A stretch of DNA of 62,560 nucleotides, the filler included, from Hausera hauseri (Eukaryota), in assembly GCA_046269625.1 (NCBI GenBank). It is 11 parts of 11 records of this genome, joined end to end, with 100 filler letters (N's around TTAATTAATTAA, not from the genome) between each part and the next. Parts side by side here need not be neighbours in the genome. Positions count along the whole stretch, not along the records: positions 44,232 to 56,781 come from JBJURY010027782.1; positions 56,882 to 62,560 come from JBJURY010207856.1; 9 more parts are not named here. One strand, given 5' to 3'. The position numbers were made by a program, and so were the translations under genes. The notes beneath the pieces were generated by a model that was given only the letters and a program-made list of their open reading frames with translations, was not told the DNA's origin and did no database searches. Positions 50,921 through 62,560 of the stretch are shown one piece after another (within the stretch, counting starts at the first letter, position 1; the number at the start of each line of letters is the position of its first letter).

Positions 50921-52080
50921 ATGACAGTAAATATATGGCGATTTGCGATATGGGTGTTCGGTTTTTATCTTTCTGTCCCAGTTTACCTTATCTTTCATTT
51001 ACATTTCCTACAAACTGTTTTAAAGCAATCAAAACCGACACCATCGCCAAGAACGATGGGCTACGTGTGGTTCAATACACGTTATCCCGTCGGATATACT
51101 GATGTCGACAAACTGACAAAGACTGTAAAACAGAGTCGGCGACAAACCCAACGTTTGTTAGGAAACCGTTAGCATGAAACCTAAACAAACCTATAAGAAG
51201 GCGGTTTCTAACTGGTGCATACAGTACTGCCGGTGTAAATAACGTATGGAAAATAGATCTGATAGAAATGATTCTCAACACCAGCACTAACCATGGGTAT
51301 CGGTACGTGCTGACATGTATTGATGTGTTTAGTCATTTTGCACGTGCAGTTGCTGTAAAATATAAATCCGGTAAAGAGATTGCTGACGCTGTTCAGACAC
51401 TGATACAACAGTAACAACAACCGAATCATTTACAAACGGATTTGGGTAAGGAATTCTACAACGCTCACGTTGCAGAGGTCTTGAATCTTTTCGGCGTAAA
51501 CTACTACTTGGTGTTTTCCTAATACAATGCTGCACTCGATTTAACTGACCATTGCGCGGTCTCCTAAACAATTTCTTTACAAAGCAAGGCAACAAATCTG
51601 AGTAGATGTACTGTCAGATATTATTCGTACATATAATCATTCGACACACTGTGGCATCATTGGATTACGGTTGGTGGATGTAATCGATGATTTGCACATG
51701 TGGCTTTACCAAAACCCAACACAACAACAACGACAACTAAACGTCCCAAGTACAAAATCTGTGATTACGTACGTATTTTTAAGTTGCATACAACACCATT
51801 CATTAAGAATTCCAATCAGAACTGGAGCGATAAGGTTTTCCAAATTTCGGCAATCAACACAAAACAAACATCTATTATGTACGTTTTAAAAGATGAAAAT
51901 GATGATGAAATACGTGGCAAATTTTACGAAAAGGAACTGCAAGTACTACCGAAATAACCTGGTGTGTATTGTATTTATAAATTTATGCGTTTATGCGACA
52001 AAAATTCGAATAAACAATATCTCGTCAAGTAGCACGGCTACACTACACCAAGTTGGATTTTTGCATCGCAGATTGAGTGA
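50921..52080 (+). pseudogene. Polinton c-integrase with chromodomain, copy B
   Basis: VGYTDVDKL, WKIDLIEM, YVLTCIDVFS, LQTDLGKEFYN, NWSDKVFQI and GKFYEKELQ. Confidence 0.9.
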
Positions 52081-53133
52081 CGAGCATTTATTTGGTACTT
52101 GGTAGTAAAAAATTATCAGAACATAACAACAAAAATACCGCTGAACGGTTTATTATGGCGTTCAACCAGCCACTCGACTTACGCCAGGGAGCCTTTGGCG
52201 GAATTCACATTTACATTTTAACTAAAAACAATACGTGGGAACAGTGGAATATACTATACTCTACTAACACAATTTCCTGCGTCTAGTCGTTTGCAGTTAG
52301 TCCGAGACTCTAATGGAACATTTCACGTTTGCAATTAAAAGCGGCAATATTTCCCGGTTTACATTTTTATTTAAACAATCATTTGGTGCTAAAACCCAAA
52401 CAACCGAGTAAATTGCAATTTAAATTATTAGCCGACGCTCAAGCATGGGGTTTTCAATCTGTCAATGTGCGCTCGAAAGATTTACAGCTAGGTGGACATA
52501 GCATAATTAATGAAAAATTGAACTTTTCCGAAAGCACCATGAAAACCACCGATATTACAGTGAACTCGCAAAAGACTGAATCATTCTTCTACTCTCATAC
52601 AACAGTAACTGTTTTTCTTACGGAAACGGAAACAGAATTGTGCGCAACCATCTAGATTGTATTTAAATTGGCTTTGAAGACATTTGAATTAAACTCTGTT
52701 GGTCGTATTTTGTTTACACTACATGATAATGTTACATATTTTGTCTTTGATGAATTATTGGCACGAAATCTGGGTTTTAAGAAACGAGAGTTCGGTCAAA
52801 CCGGCGGCGGACGGCCCATTGTTGCTAAACACAAACCACGTCTCTACTAAACATTTCATCCAATCAATATTTTAACGGATCTAAGCCAACCCTTATATGT
52901 TGGCGTAGACCGTAAATAACTATTGGCTTCTATTTGACTAGATTCGGACAAGTACAAAATACTGGGCAAAACGGCTCACGTAAATATAATCCGGCTCATA
53001 TATTTATCGTTGTCTCACAATGTTGTAAACATTATTTCCTTGTATATAGTAGACGAATTTTGGAAAGCCATTAAATTTCTGTTTGGAACCAAGACACATT
53101 TGATGCTACATTTTCGTCGTCGTCGTCGATAAT
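52077..53133 (+). pseudogene. Minor capsid (penton-like) paralogue 1
   Basis: SIYLVLGS...NQPLDLRQG at the start; NILTDLSQPLYVG...IYLSLS...ISLYIVDEF...THLMLHFRRRR at the end. Confidence 0.78.
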
Positions 53134-53177
53134 AAACAAACTGTGTCATCACTATCATCATCATCATCATCGAGATC

Positions 53178-54242
53178 ATGAGTATTTGCATGGTGTTGCC
53201 GAGCAGCAGTTGTCCGACGCCTCGTCCGAACAATTCAGACATTGAATACGTTGTGGATTGGAACAATCCTTTGGATTTATTTGAAAAATGGGAGGTTGCA
53301 CTGACAGAATTTAACTTTTCCTACGCACCGGTGACATTGGAAGGTCGTACGATAATAAAGTTCAACAAAACTGTTATTAAACCAAAACACATTCTTGTCT
53401 CCTAACACTTACTAAAAATAAAATAAAAGTTAGAGAATCGGCCATTTGCACGAATAGTACAAAATACGATTTTTATTTTAGGGAAAAACATATTTTATGG
53501 CAGATTTTGAATTTACTGTTACCTTTGAGTCCTCGGATATGGCATAGTAATTTGGATTCAAAAATACAGAGTAAAAATATAAACATATTAAAAGTGAATA
53601 TGTATGTTGCTTTAAGATTATTTCCCGTATATTACCAGACAACGGTGAAATTTACCTATGCAGCCGAAAGAGTGTCAACATCATATATATATATCGATTG
53701 GTGACAATGTCTACTGCGATTCTGTAGCACATCTCTCTCAATAATTTTCCAATCAAAAGTACAAGGAGATGTTTAAAGTTTTCGAGTCAGATGCAAGTGG
53801 GTACATTAAATTTGAACTGGCTAAGAATTTTGTCGACATTTCATTAGACAAAGCTTAGGCCATAATATTGGGTTTTAAAAAACAGCGGTTTGAGGAACTG
53901 AATACGAAAACGGCTGCACATGTTGCAACATTTACACCCAAATTGAAAACGGAACTAAGTCAAATGTACATTTACGTGAATGTCACCGAACCGATTTTGG
54001 TCGGTGGAGTACGTGTACCGCTACTCCGTGTAATTTATCCCGAAACCAGCAAGTATACTGCCGGTGACAATGGCGCTGTCAAGCTCGATAATCCAATATA
54101 CCTACATGTGGCATCTACATCTATAAACAATGTTGAAGTGAATATCCGATGCGACGCGGGCTAACTTATTGAATTTCCGTACGGTACCACAGCCAGTCTA
54201 ACTCTTCATTTCCGTCGAATACAACAACAACAACATGATTGA
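53178..54242 (+). pseudogene. Minor capsid (penton-like) paralogue 2
   Basis: MVLPSSS...NPLDLFEKWEVALTEF; QMYIYVNVTEPILVGGVRVPLLRVI...NPIYLHV...INNVEVNIR...LTLHFRR. Confidence 0.85.
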
Positions 54243-54596
54243 TTCTGAAATCGTTTCCATTTACAGTAAACCCCAGCAGGGCAGAGAACTGCTGTATTTT
54301 GTTGGTAAAAAGTATGACCCTGGATGGTTGCGTACATTGGCACGTTTAGCATTTCCGCTGTTGAAGCGTATATGGACAGTGGCAAAAAAAGAGCACAGGC
54401 TGTAATATATGAAAACAAATAGATTTTGCCATCGCTAAAGCAACACGTTTCGACAGAAATTAAAAGCGCTTTACCGGGAGTCGTCGTATCAGTAAAAATA
54501 CAATTTATTGACAGTAGTTTGAGAAAACGAAAACATGGCAGATCAGCTAGCTTTTAAACTATAAACCAACGTCGTCGTCATACGATTTTCGATTGA
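54235..54596 (+). pseudogene. Polinton small protein with amphipathic helix (putative membrane-active/cement protein), not in the ORF track
   Basis: Hand translation: MIDSEIVSIYSKPQQGRELLYFVGKKYDPGWLRTLARLAFPLLKRIW, frameshift, then basic tail RKRK...RRRHTIFD. Lies between penton and major capsid, as is usual. Confidence 0.6.
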
Positions 54597-55803
54597 TGGC
54601 ATCCGAAAAATCTAAATTGTGTATATTTGACAAAGACGTGCCACAAGTTGTTATTGACAAAGCATCATTTGAGGAAATCTACCCCGTTGATTTGGTTTCA
54701 ACTGACGAGAACATTGACATTCAATTTAACATTAAGGCATCGGAAAATTAATATTTCGATTTGATCTATAAGCTACTCTATGTAAAAGTTATTGTAAAAG
54801 GGATGCATCAACAGTTTACGCTGCAGCAGACACTATCACGTCGGCCAATTACCTTTTTCTCGTACTGTTCCAGGAGGCTTCAGTGACTCTAAACAGCGTC
54901 AAAACCGAACGCAACGCCAGTCTATACAGTATTAAAGCACTCATTAAAACGGCTTTGAATTACAGTGCAGACACGAAAATGACTCATTTGACAAAAACCA
55001 TTGGATATGACGCCACTGAAGCAAACCGTTAGGCATGGGCGGCATAATGAAAAGCACTGACAATGTGTGGACCGCTGTACTTTGACTTTTTTGATAAGCC
55101 GCAATACCTACTGCCCGGTGGTAAAGCCATGAAATGCTCAAACGTAGTCTTTTAATTGAAAACAGCAGTTGCAAATATCAAACCCATACTAAAAATTACC
55201 GAGGCGCAATTATACGTACGTCGTGTAAAGTTAGAACCATCTGTACTTATGGGACATCGGTTGGGCTGGGAAAAACAAAATTCCTGTTACCCAATACAAC
55301 GTACAAAACTCGTGTTTTACATCATAACCAAAAGTTCAATTGCGTTTTGTAAAGATGCACTATTTGGCGCCATGCGATTGCAGAAATCTATGCTCATTAC
55401 ATTTCAAACGACTGTTCAACAAACGGGCAGTTATACCACCGATTCGGAAACGTTTCCACATAGCAATATGAATTACATCAATTTGGGTCGAAATGCAGAT
55501 TTCGTTGAGACATACAAGCAGAATTTCGATACCGGCAATTATGTTTGCACATATATGCAATCTATCGTGCGAAACATGGGTTTTTTGTACATAAATGTCA
55601 ACAATGAAATGTCGATGGATTTGTACAAGTCCACCTATTCATTTTTCACCTTTTTCCTGGCTCCAGATTATTACGTTGAACAGACTCAACTACCTGTTGG
55701 GAAACGTGCGATTGGAGTTTCACTTTGCTACTACCGTGATGCATTTTTATGGTATATTTGATGACTATGTTTAAATAAAGAAAATTAAACCGTCATTGTA
55801 TAA
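54596..55803 (+). pseudogene. Polinton double-jelly-roll major capsid protein
   Basis: MASEKSKLCIFD..PQVVIDKASFEEIYP...IQFNI...YFDL...LYVKV; GPLYFDFFDKPQYLLPG; LKITEAQLYVRRVKLEPSVLMGH...YPIQR; GNVRLEFHF. Confidence 0.85.
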
Positions 55804-55864
55804 ATAAAATCCGTTGTGAGTCACCTTTTCGTTGTACTATGAAGTAATTTGTTTGATTACTATT

Positions 55865-56299
55865 ATGATTAAATCACATTCTTTTACATTTAGTTCCACT
55901 GAGCTTTGTCACTACGGAGAAGTGCTCTTGGGCGTGAAATATCGTGACGTGTTTGCACTGAACTGTATGCCGCGTGATTTGCGAACATCTTGCTGCTTTA
56001 TTGTCAATCCCCACACTTCATCGTTGCCAGGCGCACATTGGATTGCTGTGTACGTCCATCCGACCAACGTCGTCAGAGTATTCTATTCGCTCAGATTTTA
56101 CTGTTCGTCATTGTTAGATTCTCACATTGAACGGCAATCATTATACCATGTTAAATATAATCGAGTTCACTATAAATATTCAATGACTATACTATGTGGT
56201 TTACATTATAATCACTTTTTTAAAATATATATGGTTATTATTTTATTTCTGTTGTTGTTTTCTTGCGAACAAATCATGAAAAATAATATGATATTTTAA
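55865..56299 (+). pseudogene. Adenain-like (C5) cysteine protease, degenerate
   Basis: IVNPHTSSLPGAHWIAVY...FYS...LCGLH. His and Cys are kept; the expected Asp (FDS) and oxyanion Gln are substituted. Confidence 0.8.
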
Positions 56300-57126
56300 T
56301 TAATGTGAGCTTCACATTTGGTGGTACTCATTACTTTGAAGGCAGACGGTGTCACCTCCTTGTGACTAGTACTCAATTATGACCTTGTGCGCCGTCGTCC
56401 TCGTCGTACAAAACGAACGCATTTACAACGATGATGATGATAATTATTTTGACTTTTTAACAATATATTTTTTCGTTCGTTTGTTCGTTCGTTCGATGGC
56501 ATTTTTCACCCCGACCCATTCATTGGTCTGGGCATGAGGCGGCTATAATATGAAAAATTTCACAACTTATGTGCAATGTATTAGACCCATTTCCATCACC
56601 ATCAGACTTGAACATGGGGAATTTTTACCCGAGCGAAATATCCCTATTGATTTTTCCACACGTTCCCATGGTCTGACCGAGTTGCAACCGTGTCCATAGC
56701 AATTGCCAATATCGATTTACCCCTTGTACACGTTTTCTGCGTACTAGCAATTTGTTTTTTGTTACGCGTGGCGCATTTCTTNNNNNNNNNNNNNNNNNNN
56801 NNNNNNNNNNNNNNNNNNNNNNNNNTTAATTAATTAANNNNNNNNNNNNNNNNNNNNNNNNNNNNNNNNNNNNNNNNNNNNGCTCGGACTCCACTCTACA
56901 CTTTCTCCTATCCATTCCCGCTCAAATTTTGCTTCTGGAAAAAGTTCGTTTTTTTCTTTTGCATTTCCCGGCTTTGTCTTTTGCGACACAGAAAAACCGA
57001 CCGCACCATTCAACTCGGCGTTGTCGATTTGACAGAAAACCGTTCATTGCTAGGCAGCAATGATTCTATTTCCTGTGTATATTCCCCCCTGGCCCAGACT
57101 CGCCTTTTTCCCCTACTTATCAATAT

Positions 57127-58600
57127 TTATATAAATTTATATAAGTGGAAATTCCCACAAATTCCTGCAGATATCTGAGTCCTGATTTTGTTTTTCTGAA
57201 ATGATTTTATTCTTTTATTCTTTGTCGATGTGTATTTCACAACACTGTTGCCCAAGAATTTTCGATTAATATTTCCAATAGTAGGATTGTCTTGCTGCAT
57301 GATATCTCGCTGACACAAATGTTCCATTAGAGGATTACAATAGCACGTTGCTTTGTCCATATCAGGAACACAGTAGCTTCGTTCCGGGTCACCTTTCGGG
57401 CATGGATTGTGAAGTGTTCCACACGGTGAACCTTGCCATTGTGATATATTGTTGAGATAAACGACGGGGCCTTGTAACTGAATATTTACCCCATTGACGA
57501 GTACCTTCTGAATTGCTACCTGGAAACTCGGTTTTAATGAAATAAATGAACCCAGTTTTTCGTTTGTAGCCCCTCCAAAGAATAGCGGTTGATTTCTCAT
57601 TTGGATTTGCATTAACAATCGACGTTTAATAAAATTGGGAAAATTATTCAAGTTGAGCGATACGTATTTTGCTGCTTTTAAAACACTAACGAAGTTCCAT
57701 TTTCCAATATTGATTTGTTCGTGTGATATTAGCTTCGTAACCCCAATTTGAGTTTTGCAGATGACTTCAATGTAATTTTGATTCAATGATACGTGGAGGA
57801 AACAGGGATATTTCTCTTAATTGTACAATGTAAAGACGAGTACACCTTGTCCACTAGTCGGAAGGAAATTCAAGTCGATTTTCAATCGTCGATTTAGCTG
57901 GAGAGGTTCAGTGTCTAATTTGGCATAAGATGTTTCTTTAAATTTCCAAATTGGTGAAACAAATTCTTCACATGTATGACCTTGAAATCCTGGACTGCAT
58001 TCAGAATTGTAAATATTTCCGCTGATGACTTTACAGCTGCCTTTATTTTTACATGGCTTGTACATATCGCAGTAATCTCTATTGTCACTTTCCTGATTCG
58101 TGTTTTCATTGTACTCGTTTGGATCTTCAATGACCTTCATTTCAGGAGTAAGGTCAGCGTATGAACACATTGGCTTAATGTTTGAGCTTTCTGTTATCCA
58201 ACTGGCATCTTGATTTATGACATATTCTTTTACTCCGTTCCAGAGGTTATTTTCAATGACTTAAGGCAACCAATTAACCCATCGGTTACGTAGTTTGTGT
58301 GGCTCAGCATATTTGTTTTAATTCCTTGAGGTTGACCAATGGAAAACATTGAACCAGTATCCAATTTTGTCATATGTTTCGGACTTTCACCATACTGAAC
58401 ATCTGTATCATCAATAACGAGTCGTGCGTGACGTTCGAATCTTTCAGCGACGATATTATGGGGTTTACCATATGTTAAAGGATTTTGACTTCGTAACAAT
58501 AGTTCTCCGCTTCCGAGATCAAATCCGAATTCAACGAGTTTGTCTTTCATAATTAACGTCAGAAAATCTTTTGATCGCCACGAATCAGCAAAATAGAAGT
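57127..58600 (-). pseudogene. Laminin-G/EGF protein fragment (agrin/perlecan/pikachurin-like)
   Basis: DFLTL...VEFGFDLGSG...GLIGCLKSL; EGF CDMYKPCKNKGSC...CSPGFQGHTCEE; FKETSYAKL...GVLVF; LFFGG; WQGSPCG..NPC. One frameshift and one in-frame stop, no evident introns. Confidence 0.8.
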
Positions 58601-58955
58601 TAATACCATCTTTGGCTTTTATTTCGTTTTTTTTACATTTCAAAGCTCAAATTGCGTTATCTTCGCTTTGTTAACTAAAATATTTCCACATTCTTATTCG
58701 GCTTTATATTTTGTACGTATCTCTGATTCATAGTAAAGTTTATTTCATTCCACCACCTCTAGAATTGTAAAATTTCAACGTCTGATTATTCGATGACCAT
58801 TCCGATTCAAAATCCGTTTGACAACATTTATTAATGAATTTATTCAAAGCCTGTATATCCTGATTTCTACGAGAAATCACTTCACGACATCCAAATGCTG
58901 ATGAAGGAAGTAAATATTTTTCATACGACATTGCGTGCAATTATAGCAGAAAATT

Positions 58956-59189
58956 TGTATAAGACCGTCTAACGGCTTTCAGCTTTCGATGAATCATGGT
59001 TATTCCCGCTTTCCCAGTTTTCCGAACCCTGCCAGGGATCATCTATTCATCATTTTGCGCACTCATTCAACCATTTTAACCTTTAACAACCCTTATTTTT
59101 ATACAACCAATACACACAGTGCAACCAACATGAACACACATACATTCATATATACATTATATATAATTTTATTATATACATTATATACA
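58956..59189 (-). repeat. Putative 3' LTR (234 bp) with upstream PPT
   Basis: On the - strand, purine-rich GGGAGAAGTATAGGGG is followed by TGTATA...TATACA inverted termini. Confidence 0.55.
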
Positions 59190-60712
59190 ACCCCTATACT
59201 TCTCCCGTTGAGGTTCGACCGGATTCCCCAACTAGTCATTCTGGTTCCAACACCTTTATTCGCGGTGTCCTCAAATTTATCTTTTGATAATCCTTTGATT
59301 AGATTCGTCCCTGTTAGCTTACTAGGGGCTGCGGCCGTTCCTCTGTTCGGTAAACTTATCCAGTCGGTTCCACTGCGTCTAAACATTGGCTCGCCCAGAC
59401 TCGTCTTGCATTCCTTCAATATTGTTGGCTCAGTCGAGTTTGCCAGTAATACTCTGGTGAGTGGCATCGCTAGTCTTGGCATGTTTTCGTAGATGACAGG
59501 TAATTCTTGCATGCATCTTTTCTCTTCTACGTTGATCGACACGTCTCTTTTTTCGCATTCGTAGGTTAATAGAACTTCTTCGGTAACTCATCCAAAGACA
59601 CCCTCTTTCATCGGTATAATCGATTATGCCAATTCTGGGTTGGAGTGAATTAAAGCCAGTTTGGTTCTTATGACTTCAGTATCTAATCTGTAGTCATTTG
59701 TTATCATGTTGTAATATAGTTCCGCTATTCCGGTTTGCCCTTTGTAATAGAAATAGTCGTCTCGATTTTTGAGGTAATCTTCGATCCGCACATCTTGTGT
59801 TTTTAAATCGTACGTTTTCATATCAATTTCTGTTTCCGCTACAAAAAATGCTTCGTAGTTGGTGGCATCAATAACTACATCGCAGTGTGATAACATATCC
59901 TTTCTAATAAATTTTAACACGTGCACATCTGATATTAGTATTGTCAATGTGGATTGTTCTATGACATCTTCCCTTGATCTGGTATTAGCATGTAATTTTC
60001 CCGAATAACGCTGTACAGTGGTCTCATTAAATTTTAATTCTTTGATTTTGATGAAATTGCAATCCTTTTTAGAGGGCGGATTCTATACGATGACCGAACT
60101 TCGGAATGTGCAGGCACTATCATTAAAGTGGCATTTCTGATTTTCGGTGAATAGTTTGGTAACGCTGTGAAACATCGCTTTTATGGATCTTAACTCGGTT
60201 TCATAAAAATCTACAACTAATATTCCTCCTTCTATTCCTTTCCCTGTGTCATATTCTCCTCCGACACAATAACCGGTGTGCATGTTCAATTTTCCCACTG
60301 CCACTTTGTAGGCTGTAATTATTTTTCCTTCTTGGGCTTCCAATTCCATGCAGTCCCAAACCATTTTACCGGTTGACCGGGCTTCTAAGCAATGTTGTCT
60401 CTCCACGTTCATTGGTATCAATGGTGTGGTAGGTTTTATTATTGACGAATGGTCGTACATATTACCACAAAGAAATATGCTGCGGGATCTATGTATCATA
60501 CATTCTGCTGCATCCATTGAGATTAGCTCCCATTGTTGATATAGTATGTATTTCTTCTCTATTGTCTGAAGCTTGAGGGGCCTCGCATCCTCACATGTTT
60601 CTAAGTCCATCAAGAAATATTTCTGGCCCACCTTGAATTTGTCACAGTCGTATATGGTGACTGCTCCCATCTGCTTCACTAACATCATTATTGTTAGTAG
60701 ATTGATTAACCA
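59099..60712 (-). pseudogene. Chuvirus-like (class III) fusion glycoprotein, env-like
   Basis: Three ORFs in one frame with three stops. Signal WLINLLTIMMLVKQMGA|VTIYDC; ETC, LYQ, EC.I.RSR...CGNMYDHSS, C....TG, GYCVGGEY; EVLLTYEC...CMQELPV...PLTRVL...EC...PMF...W. Confidence 0.8.
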
Positions 60713-60759
60713 ATTCGACTGGTTCTCTTTACTCCAAGAGATGTTTCGTACTATGTCCT

Positions 60760-62560
60760 CTAAGTTATTGGTACTTTTCGCATTGTCTTCTTTTCAAATA
60801 GTTTAGCCCATTTTATTTCTTTAGGTATCCTTCTCGCCGCTTTTCTAGCTAACTCGATTGTCTTGTCGAACTCATTTTCTCGGAGAGGATTAGTTTTTAC
60901 AGCTAAATAAATCAAAAATTTCCTTAATTCTTCCATCATATTATGCGTCATGATTTTATCAATTACTGTTTCATCAGGAAGAGTACTTTTAGATAGTTTG
61001 AATTGCGACGTTTTCATTGTCCGTGCTATATTATATATCAGTCTTTCTTTTTCGGATAATATGTCACCTTGTAGTCCGGTATAATTAAGTATTCCTATTA
61101 AATCTTTCATTAGCTCAACTAATTCTTCATTATCTTAGCTTGGAGTTGGTACTGATAATTGTCTTAGTTCTCTAATCAGATCTGCATTATAATCCACTTC
61201 TTTTATTTTCCTTAATCTTCCGACCGGTCGTTTCGGTTTCGTTGGTTGTAAGGTTTCACTTATGGGTACTAGATTTTTATTGTATTGCGGTTTGTCGTCC
61301 TCAGTTTGTAAATATTCGAAGTACATTGCGGCGTCTTGAATCCTCATAATTCTTCCAACGTAATGTTCTGTATGTGTCTTCCTTATGGCTTCGTCTTTGG
61401 TTTGCTCACTAGCAATTATTGATATTATTCAATTCTCTTCGTGGGGTATAATCCCTACGTCTATTAAGGATTCTAGCTCGCCTAGTATCCTCCCTCTGAA
61501 ATATAGTCGATAACTAACTCTTTCCCTGTCATTCTTATTCATTATCCGCTGCTTTATATCCGTAACCGTAGTACAGGTAGTACACTCAAATTCCTCGTCA
61601 TCCATCCACTCGGACGATACCTTTACTCTAAGTTCCGCTTCTGGTTTACTTCTTAGCAATTTAGCGTATTTTTTTATTAGAAGTTTGGGTACAGCGCTGT
61701 AGGCGATGTTTTCACTGGATAACTTAGTCAAAGTCGGAATCAATTTCCTTAACCTTTCTTCACTTATGTTTACTTTCAATGCACAGCTCAATTACTTTTC
61801 AGCTAGCGCAGGATCGAATAGCATTTGCATGTCGAATTTCGTTTTCTGTGCACCAGTAAGTGACTCATAAATTTGTATTGGAGTTCTTTGACTTTGCCTG
61901 GTTAGACCTTGGAGATATTCATCCCATTCGGCTTCATTATCTGCGTCAGGTAACTCGTAGTTCATTAGTGCCGCATGTCTGACCTGTACTCTTTTGCGTA
62001 ATTCTCTTATCTGCGGTTACAATGTTTTCATTATGGGTATCCTAAATCCGTCTCCATTTTTGCATGATTGTTGTATTAGTGTTATTACTCGGCACATTTC
62101 CTCTGGTTGCGTAAAGGCTTTCTCTTGATAGCTGGTTATTTCTGCGTTTCTGTCTCTTTGCCATCTCTGTACGAATTCCATTTTGTCGTTCATTTCCGAT
62201 TCCTTAAGGGAATACTTGTTTTTGTAAACTTCTTTTTCTCTCAGTAATTCGTTTAGCTCGCGTTACCTTTTCTCGGAGCGTAACCGGGTTTCTTTTACCA
62301 GACGTATTCGATTTGTTAGTCTTTCGGCTATTATCCAGTCAATTTCTGCCATTTCTATTAATAATAATATTAATTTGTGAATTTGATTCAATACTTCCGC
62401 GTTCGGATCTATTGCATTCATTACCTTGCCGATAAACTTGGCTTCGTCGGCCGTCAACTAAAGATCCTTCCTAATTTCCGTTAGTTCGGCGTGGCAATGT
62501 AAGTCGAAGCCTAGCGTCCTTTCTGCTGGATTCTTTAAGTATTGTAATGTTTGTGCCAGG
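60760..62560 (-). pseudogene. Degraded polyprotein of unknown function containing a ubiquitin-like domain (~61432-61625)
   Basis: ORFs ending at 62457, 61791, 61347 and 61110 share a frame. LRVKV...TTVTDIKQRI...YRLYFRGRILGELESLIDVGI is ubiquitin-like. Confidence 0.55.

Larger units (their letters stand above)
44232..56781 (+). mobile_element. Polinton/Maverick (adintovirus-like) element, copy B, near-complete gene set, degraded
   Basis: PolB, ATPase, integrase, minor capsid x2, major capsid, protease and accessory genes. No TIRs seen. Confidence 0.95.

Noticed and set aside
4490-56881. Recurrent TTAATTAATTAA motif flanked by Ns as a biological repeat or CRISPR-like array
   Set aside because: Ten identical 100-bp synthetic linkers with six-frame stops; an assembly concatenation artefact.
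59099-59189. Terminal VCVFMLVALCVLVV as the true TM anchor of the chuvirus-like glycoprotein
   Set aside because: It is encoded inside the TG/TA-rich putative LTR downstream of the PPT, so it is probably fortuitous.

Overview
This window is not one locus. It is 11 eukaryotic (animal-like) contigs joined by 10 artificial 100-bp linkers (44 N + TTAATTAATTAA + 44 N), so adjacency across linkers means nothing. Most of it is decayed mobile DNA. (1) 1-4489 and (10) 44232-56781 are two related, independently degraded Polinton/Maverick (adintovirus-like) copies. Contig 10 has protein-primed PolB, exonuclease-like gene, dUTPase, packaging ATPase, integrase, two tandem minor capsid genes, major capsid and adenain-type protease. 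Both copies carry a minimal TATA-binding-protein (TBP) homologue head-to-head with the ATPase, across a short spacer with back-to-back TATA boxes. (2) Intact intronless ANKFN1/wide-awake gene. (3, 4) Two distinct Ty3/gypsy elements whose pol continues past integrase into a homologous type-I membrane glycoprotein (internal signal peptide, two Cys-patterned domains, FN3-like domain, stalk, TM, short tail) that I cannot match to a known retroelement Env. (5) LINE 3' fragment and a MITE-like element. (6) Tc1 relic, pogo-like MITE, hAT-like relic. (7) BEL/Pao with one LTR shared between an integrase end and a gag start. (8, 9) A third gypsy family plus degraded host-like genes including INTS3. (11) LamG/EGF pseudogene and the 3' end of an LTR-like element with a ubiquitin-like domain and a chuvirus-type fusion glycoprotein. 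All calls come from manual motif recognition and hand translation; no database searches were run.
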